IMG/VR virus record: IMGVR_UViG_3300044568_000721
Coordinates: 1-56,351 of that record
Direction: 5' to 3' (one strand)
Length of the DNA stretch: 56,351 bases
Source of the DNA: a virus
Taxonomy: Duplodnaviria > Caudoviricetes
Below, in pieces: positions 20,501 to 26,300 of this stretch (the stretch's first letter is position 1; each line of letters opens with the position of its first letter). The notes under the pieces were generated by a model. That model made no database searches, was not told where the DNA came from, and saw only the letters and a program-made list of their open reading frames with translations. Made by a program: the position numbers and the translations under genes.

Positions 20501-22351
20501 ATTATAGATGCAGTTTCTACGGATTTACTATACGGTGGAAACGAAAGAAGTACAAACGCTGGGGTGTTCTATTACTTATATCCATCACAAGCGCAAGGTG
20601 CACAATTACAACCAACATTGACAGGTGTTAATTACGCAGGACAACTTTCTAAAAATGTTGCGGCATCATTAACATTTGTGACAGCATCACAATTAGTATC
20701 AGCATCGGTTAATTTATTAAGAAAAAATAGAGAGTTTATACAAAATGAAACCTTAGCTTACTTAACTGCTAGTTGGAGTACATTTGAGTATGATAAAGAT
20801 AAGTGTAAGAGAGATACTGGTTATATATTAGATGGTGTTACTACCGATTTATTATATGGTGGTAATGAAAGAGGTGTATTGAATGGTAAATTCTATTACG
20901 AATATCCATCGTTGGCAATCGTTGAAGGTGATGGTGATGGTGTTGGACAATTAGGACAAACAATTGATGGTATAAACTACGCAGGTAGAATAGCACAAAA
21001 GATTGCACAAAATATACAATTCGTAACTGCATCATTACAAGCATCGGCATCATTTGATTTATTAAGAAAGAATAAAGCATTTGTGGCAGAGGAAACTATT
21101 GCTTATGTAAGTTCTTCTTGGAGTGGTGTATATTATAACGAAGCAACTTGTAAGAGAGATGTAGGATACCTAATAGATGCAGCAGCAACGGATGTATTAT
21201 ATGGTGGACAAGAAAGAAGTGTGATAGCAGGACAGTATTATTACTTATATCCTTCTAACGCAATCAATAAAGGTGTACCATCTACTCAAAATCAATTAGA
21301 CCCAACCCTTACTGGTATCAGATATGCTGGAAAGACAGCTAAAAAAGTAATAACTAATCCAACTTATTTAGTACCATCTGCATCTCTATTAACAACAGCA
21401 AAATTGTTGACAGATAATAAAGAATTGATACAAAAAGAAACTATACTATTCTTATCTTCATCTTGGAGTAATTTGAAATACAATGAAGTAAGTTGTAGTA
21501 GAGATTTAGGATTTATCATAGATGCAATCAGAACTGACTTAGTTTATGGTGGTAATGAAAGAAGTATTGAAGCTGGTTCATATTATTATAAATTCCCATC
21601 AGTAGCAATATTAGATAGTTATGGTGATAATAATGGACAAAAGAAGCAAACGATAGATGGCATAAACTTCGCAAGAGGAATATCTGAAAAAATTGTAGCA
21701 AATACTCTATTAACTTACTTAGCACCATCTACTAAGAGAAGACAAGCAGCTGAAAGATTGAAATCTGGTAAAGATGAATTGAAACAAAGAGCAATTGGAT
21801 ATACAAATGGAGCTTTTCCATATTTAGTATATAATGAGGCAAGTTGTTCACGTGATACAGGATTTATTGTAGATGCAGCTGTAACGGATTTATTGTATGG
21901 TGGAAATGAAAGAGGAATCAGAGCAGCATCTTCATATTATGATGGTCAGTACGGAAGTGCAATAGCTGTGACTAGAGACCAATTATTAGAAACATTGGAA
22001 ACAAATCGTTATCTAAGAACTAGAGCAGAGTTTATAGCAGCTGGGGCACCATTAGAATCATTTGGTTCTTTGATTGTAGCAACTGGTATTGACTACTCTT
22101 ATAATGGTAGTGGTGTGACATTCAAAGCACTTCCTCCAAATCAGGGTGGTAGTGGTGTGGCTGACCCAATATACGAAATTACCGAATTGGGTGGAGGTAG
22201 AATCTTCTTCACATCTGGTAATCAGGATGGTGACTTTAGAATTGGTACGGGATTAAGTATTAATCAGGCAACTGGTACTCTTGTGGGTAGAACATTTAGT
22301 AAATCTCTATTCTCATTAGTAACTCCGTTCTCATTGGCACTACAAATATAA
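8531..22351 (+). CDS. Giant virion appendage protein: beta-helix/tailspike-like scaffold carrying 22 phycobiliprotein-like CxRD helical repeats, a degenerate cupredoxin domain and 4 nested beta domains
   Basis: 4606 aa uninterrupted ORF. N-terminal LYVS..GDDSNDG....PLRTIKRA...IKVQAGTYLE beta-helix cap; ~108-aa repeats; C-terminal GGGRIFFTSGNQDGDFRIG..L.INQATG. Confidence 0.8.
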   Translation: MARLIPRKQIEEQQNISGSFRVGEDINIGNNTIISGSIFVSQSFFFGSATSSRNEITGSVFLTGSLVIEGDLRTGAPNTILSVTSSNTVLAVDTQRYAGILAKDFGANLPTLYVSSTDGDDSNDGRSIQYPLRTIKRAAALSTPGYDGRYGFDTGSVFNGYVIKVQAGTYLEDNPVILPKNTTIWGAGLRITKINAKTPTEDLFYVNSGCYIAEVTMGGLRLYPDQINPEKGFAIAFQPGAFITTSPYVQNCSQISNQENSFTELYEDIPPGGGGLYVNGDVIDPDSPLASMVLDAYTQISPNGVGCLVNGRGFIQLVSFFNNFSYYAIRVNNGGQATLNNSNISFGLYGMYASGSRFISGSGGNIQARDSVRGTWSCVVDVLNKGLENGLPTITKLNTAEGIRLTSPALYTQSRVSATTTLSTTAADEIFSDYTLISEIVDKGVTNFPTLLAKSSIKGYGFDSPYNILGAEQITSSISATQHDLNSTSASYAAILSILANGTGSFTFKSNTSASRQIGTDTIQPIANESPFTSSVSSSFGTILNIITKGVSVKPTYIANTSASIKGGSVEQTMLGVTSSLATINSVSASFSIVYNILANGTGSNILPIPANHQKSFVITNNNSSSFDFEGIGSNPTLTLFRGETYKFNVDAIETFGGIEYPFWIRTEQLEGITEKYDYNIGMVNNGDSRGTITFTVPYNAPNRLYYVSQNRSSMGGKIEIVNSSTTPFELIKNTLTYPATIQSGSIAKTGIDVVTAYEILVSNIEFIKDEVIQFVSSSWSGFSYPEETCKRDVGYIVNGVAKDLLFGGNEESIRNGLFYYQYPSEATTTQLGPTLTAMKHAAGVSLNLIRGKVYTEPTTEVDDVWNTIRDNKTFVQNEVITYLSSSWSNFYYNEAKCRRDTGYILDAVATDAKYGGNERSIIAGEYYYQYPSLAIVRGDGDGVGQLGQTSDGIRYASGLVDNLLKQKTFTAPDATTLSAYNNLLNNKELIQNETIQFINVAFPNLKYNQATCKRDVGYIVDNVATDLLYGGIERGVTAGRYYYDYPSLATTTQRTSTIAGVRYAKIIGDTIVQNQILDTPRIVYNDEKNFRASSLTNVSSSFSGSVTQQTSIGNTFSIIEGIVARGLSSIKSLLAQNTGLIWNKYNPLNVTNDSQITSSYTTPNEVNTIDRSFDIVNTIIGGGLIAEPVFTSSQANAIAVTGTTQTTASLAVSGSVTSSISASIAYVATIITNGTGSLGTLVSNLNSNVKVTNTPQYITGSGYYGTNTQSTQLSSSIKVITDILEGGLSFVPTLTSNVSASIKVTNTSQYISASYSASASNVNFISSSISIVTKIIEGGEFSAPAFQTYTNRVTSSNSVAAYEILKNNIPFIQNETIAYLSSSWAGFEYDETKCRRDLGFILSGSAEDLIWNANSASVFNGLFYWEFPSQAQGAQLQQTLDGINYASRLAQKVIQNVEFTTASANTLNAASLLVNNKVFIQDETIAYLSSSWSEQAYIESTCKRDVGHVIDAIRTDLVYGGNERSRNAGIFYYLYPSQATGSQLLPTLDGINYAGRMIQKIVTGSVFVAAEGNKVNASNLILRNKNLIANEVVAYVSSSWSEAEYNQAKCLRDTKYILDAVRTDLVYGGNERTRFAGEYYYRYPSAAIVGGVPSATQQLDPTITGVYYANQLVQNIIKNIVLSAPSTSALNAASLLKTNRAFLQQNTVDYANETYPNLEYIESKCYRDTGFIVDAVITDLVYGGNERSITAGRFYYLYPSQATGVQSEETIDSLNFTKGLAKLVAIGGKSIEDGFDIVANVIESGSNSAPNVVLNTAAGIKATTAQQTTSSISVSTSDKFIVSSSFGNILNILSNGTGSIPTTIVKNTNRGVNVLGGTQITSSITPAISEKTKVTTGFDIVLDIVENGTGSIPTIVTNVNSLIKRTTTNSYITTASISSTYLTASNNSFNIVLDIVENGTGSLPTLVKNTDSLVKITNTNQFTSSVIISSSLARNISGSFDKIINILENGTGSLPTIVLNTNNNIKVTNATQYLGGTPATQTEANAISASISIVTNIIANGIGSLPTVTLYTSSISSSNVVAAYTILKNNLDFIVSESIAYLSSSWSTASYDESKCRRDLRFILSGSAEDLIFNANSASVFNGKFYYQFPSQAQGAQLNQTLDGIKYASRLAQKLVLNTPFVTQSAQVKDAYTLLVNNKDFIKDEVIPYISSSWSTHQYVESTCKRDIVHIIDAVSTDLLYGGNERTINAGVFYYLYPSEATGSQIQETVTGIEYARDIAFKILKGNTFTKVSQNKLQAKELIYNNRAFIQNEVISYISASWSTASYNETTCKRDVGHILDAVTTDIVYGGNERSINAGKFYYEYPSQATTSQLGPTLSGIKYAKDLTDSVLKNSTFVSASNSNVTAYELIFNNKAFIQNETIAYLSSSWSAFSYNQTTCKRDIGYILDAVATDILYGGNERVAKAGEYYYLYPSLATVGNDGDTGGQLNQTLDGIKYAKGITEKIVANLLLQSPTTSELTGFNLLIDNKKFIQSESIAYLSSSWSGGDGFYYNETTCKRDIGHIIDAVRTDLVYGGNERSSKAGEYYYLYPSAAILTGSVSPTVATQKGPTLDGINYVAGTAKNIIENKVLISPTGFTTSSVNLLRQNKKFIQNETVQYIDAFFPNLVYLRETCRRDVGYILDAVITDTFYGGNQRSVIAGQYYYLYPSLATKSTQVRETVAGVDYAKALAKAIAQNIKLNTPTLTTNTDGNIKVTNTTQYTSSLGATTIEVNQISSSFGLVTGIITDGVKSFTPTTATYNPANGDFVITIPSHTLTKYNSIYIKPESFVFTCDMDGNRTEHKLPSIGQYAYSNKLQIQSVTTNTITVNVGASGPNVEFTPTNATYDPATGDFVMTVGTHSLSIGEGILISTGSIAFTCDMDNNQSVKSYPRFGIDPYAGRSMMITNTTPTTLTVSVGASAANKYFTPSAANYNALTGDMSVTVGQHGLGVGRSVILATGSMAFTCDQDGNATTHSYPRSGSGDPYLGKSIEIKSVGFTQHTVTNAPYNAETGDVTITIASHGFSNGDYIKLSDNSLTYNCVLDDNVVSKSYPRAGYDYPSGRWLSISGVTPNTFNINIGASSYTNSHTFVTASINGLQRQNGIFTINVGDAGSASGSIHTFVSASANAIKHLPQSIHTFVSASAGAIKHLPQAAHTFVRTTKNSISTIPVLVQNGDSLIKVTNTTQYSSSISASGAELDIITSSFKHVADIIENGVAFVPDSLARNYNYGFELSTPTLLHISSKEQTIGTGSYNLSTEITNVSSSYGNVVNVVKNGLSVLPTLVTNTSSSLKVTNVNPIRQATSASSFDTNKISSGFDLILSVIENGTSVLPTIISNTSASIKVTNTPQLISGSAAGRLQGKLISASLSLVIDVLLSNGTSSIGLKQSTFPIANSNAKINSAYNLLVSNSKFIVDETIAYMSSSWSGFEYTQSKCERDLTGILSGSAFDLLYGGNSASLFNGKFYFDFPSQATGSQLDQTITAIKYASGLAEKVVLNTPFTHISASINQPTSASWNSLRNNKGFIQSESIAYLSSSWSNFDYNETTCKRDIGYVIDAVATDLLYGGNERSVVAGRYYYDYPSQATNAQLEPTLTGIRYAKGTAMNVVVNKQVFTASLEAQYAYDLIKANKVFIQSESIAFVNVKYPNLDYSESKCYRDLGYIIDGVATDLLYGGNERSRKNADYYYEFPSQANGSGSQVVETVEAIKYAARITTASISSTLIPTPQTIPNTLANIKVTNANQYISASSATSTEATILSASIAIVTNIVANGTGSAIVSASLSLPTSSYTTPVSNDNRWIAYGILKNNISFIQDETIAYLSSSWSTASYDESKCRRDVGLIISGAAEDLIFNSNSASLFNGIFYYQYPSQAQGAQLNQTLDGINYASKLAQKVIQNVTYVTASAIVSASYALIRKNREFIQNETIAYLSSSWSTASYIESTCKRDVGHIIDAVSTDLLYGGNERSTNAGVFYYLYPSQAQGAQLQPTLTGVNYAGQLSKNVAASLTFVTASQLVSASVNLLRKNREFIQNETLAYLTASWSTFEYDKDKCKRDTGYILDGVTTDLLYGGNERGVLNGKFYYEYPSLAIVEGDGDGVGQLGQTIDGINYAGRIAQKIAQNIQFVTASLQASASFDLLRKNKAFVAEETIAYVSSSWSGVYYNEATCKRDVGYLIDAAATDVLYGGQERSVIAGQYYYLYPSNAINKGVPSTQNQLDPTLTGIRYAGKTAKKVITNPTYLVPSASLLTTAKLLTDNKELIQKETILFLSSSWSNLKYNEVSCSRDLGFIIDAIRTDLVYGGNERSIEAGSYYYKFPSVAILDSYGDNNGQKKQTIDGINFARGISEKIVANTLLTYLAPSTKRRQAAERLKSGKDELKQRAIGYTNGAFPYLVYNEASCSRDTGFIVDAAVTDLLYGGNERGIRAASSYYDGQYGSAIAVTRDQLLETLETNRYLRTRAEFIAAGAPLESFGSLIVATGIDYSYNGSGVTFKALPPNQGGSGVADPIYEITELGGGRIFFTSGNQDGDFRIGTGLSINQATGTLVGRTFSKSLFSLVTPFSLALQI
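10790..22040 (+). repeat. 22 copies of a ~108-aa (324-nt) helical repeat in five clusters (3,4,6,3,6)
   Basis: Consensus N(K/R)xFIQxExIAYLSSSW-x3-YxExxCxRDxGxIxDAVxTDLxYGGNERSxxAGxxYYxYPSxA...TLxGIxYA. First Cys codon at 10898, last at 21845. Region boundaries approximate. Confidence 0.9.
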
Positions 22352-22375
22352 AAAAGAAAATAAAAAAATAAAAAA

Positions 22376-23293
22376 ATGGCAGAAGTTTTTGTACCCTTAA
22401 ATCGGTTTCAGTCAGTAGTAACAGGATTGACTGGAGAGCCCGATGAAATTTATACAACACCGGCAGGTGTGTCATCTATTGTGTTATCTTGTCAAATTAC
22501 AAATAATAGTTTGGTAACACAACCCGTAACTATATTTGTAACATCAAATAAAGAAATACCTGTACCTGAATTTGGAAATGTATATAGTGGTAGTTCATTT
22601 ATAAGTTCTTCTGTAAATTTATTAAATTTTAGTGGCAGTTTTGCTAGTGCATCTTTATTATTAAATGCAAATAGACAATTTTTAAGAAAAGAAATTGCAG
22701 CATATACACAAAACCAAAATAGTTTATCAGAAACTCCATTTACTTTTATATCATCTTATTTTGAACAAAATACTTTGGATGATGTGGATGCAATAAAATA
22801 TGATATCGTTAATAACACAACAATTAGAACAAATAAAGCAGCAAAAGCATACTTTGATAAAAATGGTGTATCTTTAATTGATTCAACTGAATATTCTGCA
22901 TCTATATTTGCTTTAGATTATTTAAAAGTATTATCAAATCAAATTATAAAAAACGAATCTGTAACTGGTTCTGCACTTTCACCATTATTATTTCAAAGTG
23001 GAGTTACTCAATCTGTATTGACATCATTTAATAACGGAACAAACGCTGGAGTTTCTGCATCTATATATGTTGTAAATTCTTTGGTAGATGTAATTAAAAA
23101 AACAATTGAAGCTCCTGTATTTATTGAACAGGAAGCTGTAAGATTAGTGACTAACGTAACAATACCACCAGCTGATTCACTTTCACCGGTGGTTTCTGGT
23201 AAATTAGTATTGGAAGAAACTTATGGATTTATTGTTTCTGGTTCAACTCAATTGACTGTGGTTCTTTCTTTGTTAGAAAGTGCAAATGAATAA
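22376..23293 (+). CDS. Connector-type virion protein (paralogue of 35172..35504) with one inserted Cys-less helical repeat
   Basis: 305 aa; the N- and C-terminal parts match the 110-aa protein; the middle reads LLNANRQFLRKEIAAY...VDAIKYDI...KAAKAYF. Confidence 0.65.
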   Translation: MAEVFVPLNRFQSVVTGLTGEPDEIYTTPAGVSSIVLSCQITNNSLVTQPVTIFVTSNKEIPVPEFGNVYSGSSFISSSVNLLNFSGSFASASLLLNANRQFLRKEIAAYTQNQNSLSETPFTFISSYFEQNTLDDVDAIKYDIVNNTTIRTNKAAKAYFDKNGVSLIDSTEYSASIFALDYLKVLSNQIIKNESVTGSALSPLLFQSGVTQSVLTSFNNGTNAGVSASIYVVNSLVDVIKKTIEAPVFIEQEAVRLVTNVTIPPADSLSPVVSGKLVLEETYGFIVSGSTQLTVVLSLLESANE

Positions 23294-23311
23294 CAATAAT
23301 ATCATTGATTG

Positions 23312-23340
23312 ATATTTATAAGGGATTCTCTATATTTATA
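23312..23340 (+). promoter_or_regulatory. Tandem pair of ATATTTATA motifs
   Basis: Copies at 23312-23320 and 23332-23340, 20 nt apart start to start, upstream of ATG 23361. Confidence 0.6.
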
Positions 23341-23360
23341 ACAAAGCTGGAAAGTAACGC

Positions 23361-26300
23361 ATGGCAATAAGTAATCTATTAACGGGCAGGGTAAGGGTTG
23401 TAAGCCCGAAAAATGTAACATCTGACAGGTATCAATTCTTGGATTTATCTCAAGCAGAGCCGAATTTGGGTGTTCCTAGCTTTTCTGCATCATTATTAAC
23501 GAATCCTGCTATTGTAGTTTCGGATAGTGAAGGTAATAGAGGATTTGCAAGAACAATTAGTTTAGACCAAATTTCAGGTTCTTTTTCTGGTTCATTTCAA
23601 GGGGATGGTAGTAACTTAACAAATCTACCTGCAGCAATTAGAATAGCTAGTGGTTCAGCAACTGCATCTTTTATAGGAGGCAATTTAGTTGTAAATACAA
23701 ATACAACAGTTCAAGGAAATTTAATTGTAAGAGATTCTATATTTGCAGAACAATTAGTAGTATCTTATATTTCATCATCTGTAATATATTCATCGGGTTC
23801 AAATAAGTTTGGAGATGATATATTAGATATACAACAAATAACTGGTTCACTTAATATTAGTGGTAGTGTTATAATAACTGGTTCTCTTAAAGCCCAAGAA
23901 ATAACAGGTTCTGTATCTGGTGCATTTACTGGAGATGGTGCTGGATTGTTTAACATTCCTCGTTCTGCATTTAGTGGTGATTCATTTAGAATAGCTAGTG
24001 GTAGTGTAACTGCTTCCGTAGACCCTACATATGGATTTAAAGTTGAATCGGCATTAAGTGGTTCTGAATTTACTGGTAGTGTGGATATTAGTGGTAGTAT
24101 ATCAGCATCGTTATTTATTGGAGATGGTAGAGGATTATTTAATTTACCAGCTTTAACAGCAACATTAATAGCAAGTGGTTCTGCAACTGCATCTATCGCA
24201 CCAAACACTGGATTGGTTGTAAATACATTCTCAACATTCCAATTTCCAGTATCCGCATCAATGTTTAGTGGTAGTGGTAAGGGATTATTTGATATTCCAC
24301 AATCAGCTTTAGCAGAGGATGCAACTTTAATAGCAAGTGGTAGTGTAACGGCATCGGTATCACCTAATTTTGGATTTAGAGTAGAATCTGCTACGGTTGG
24401 TTCTCAGATAACTGGTAGCATGTTTGTTACTGGTAATATTCAATTGGGTGTTGGTGGTGTTTATTCTGGTAGTGGTGCAAGATTATTCGATATACCACGT
24501 TCAGCATTAACTCCGGATGCATTGGTAGCAACATTAATAGCAAGTGGTAGTGTAACGGCATCAACATCTCCGGATTTTGGATTTAAAGTAATATCTGCAC
24601 AAAGTGGTTCTAGTTTTACTGGTAGTTTATTTGTAAGTGGTGGAATTGAAATTAATTCTGGTTCATCTTACTCTGGTAGTGGTGCTAGATTATTTGATAT
24701 TCCAGTAAGAGCATTAAGAGATTTAGACTTATCTAAGATTTCAAGCGGTTCGGCAACGGCATCAATTTCTCCTGATAAAGGATTGGTGGTAAATACATTC
24801 TCTACATTTAGTGGAAGTATGCTTATTTCAGCATCTAAGCAATATTTTCCATCCGAATCTATACAAACTGTATTTAACGTAACTAATAATGATAATTTAA
24901 ATTATAATTTTACTGGGGCAGCTATTGGTTCGAATCCAACATTAACATTAGTAAGAGGTATAACTTATATTTTTAATTTAAATGTAAGCGGACATCCTTT
25001 TCAAATAAAAACAATTAATACAACCGGAACAAACGATTTATATAATACGGGTGTAACGAATAATGGAGGTCAAGTTGGTACTTTAATATTTGCAGTACCA
25101 TCAAATGCACCTGATAGACTTTATTATATTTGTCAATTCCATGCATCTATGGCTGGTACTATTAATATAGTAGATGGATTATTGCAAAAAGGTGATGGTG
25201 TTACCATAACAGGAAGTTTGGATGTTAGTGATATTATTAGAGCTAGAGAATTTACTGGCTCATTTAGTGGTTCGTTTTTCCAAGGTGATGGTGGGGGATT
25301 ATTTAATATTCCAAGAGCAGCATTTACTGGAGATTCTCCTAGAATAGCAAGTGGTTCTGTAACGGCTTCTGTAAGTCCTGATGATGGGTTTTTAGTAAAA
25401 TCAGTTGAAAGTGGTTCAACTTTTAGTGGGTCTGTTGATATTAGTGGTTCTTTAATTATATTTGGAAATTTAATTGGACAAGAAATTAGTGGTTCAAGCT
25501 TTAGTGGTTCATTTCAAGGAGATGGTAGTAGATTAACAAATATAAACGTACCACCTCAAGTTGCAACAAAGATAGTATCTGGTTCGGTAACAGCTTCTGT
25601 AAGTCCTGATTCTGGATTCGTAGTAGTATCTTCTGATAAAGGTTCTCAATTTACTGGTAGTATATTTTTAAGTGGTAGTATATTTGGAAATTCAAGTATA
25701 GAAATATCCAGTGGTTCGTTTAGCGGTAGTGGTGCTAGATTATTTGATATACCAAGAGCAGCTTTAACGCCAGATGCTTTATTATCTACTGAAATAAAAA
25801 GTGGTAGTGTAACGGCATCGGTTAGTCCTGAATTTGGATTTAAAGTATTATCTGCGGAAAGTGGTTCTCAATTTACTGGTAGTTTATTTGTTAGTGGTAA
25901 TATATCATTAGCAAGTGGTTCATCTTATTCTGGTAGTGGTAAAAATTTATTTGATATCCCACTATCAGCATTGGCAAACTTAGACCTTTCTAAAATTTTC
26001 TCTGGTTCGGCAACTGCATCAATTTCTCCTGATAGAGGATTTGAGGTATTCGCTTCAGTATCAAACTTTTCTGGTTCAGTATCAGCATCCGTATTTAGTG
26101 GTAGTGGTAAAGGATTAACAGATATTCCATTTTCAGCGTTATCAGAAGAATTAAAAAGAATTGCTAGTGGAAGTGTAACTGCATCGGTTTCTCCTGATGA
26201 TGGATTTAGAGTAATATCAGCTGAAAGTGGTTCTCAATTTACAGGTTCTTTATTTGTAACTGGTGGATACATTAGAGTTGAGACTGGCTCATTTTTCTCT

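Noticed and set aside
8531-22351. Interpreting the CxRD protein as a host phycobilisome gene or as evidence of a cyanobacterial host
   Set aside because: It is embedded in a tailspike-like scaffold within a virion operon, no photosynthesis genes are present, and the promoter and RBS features point to Bacteroidota. The host remains unproven.
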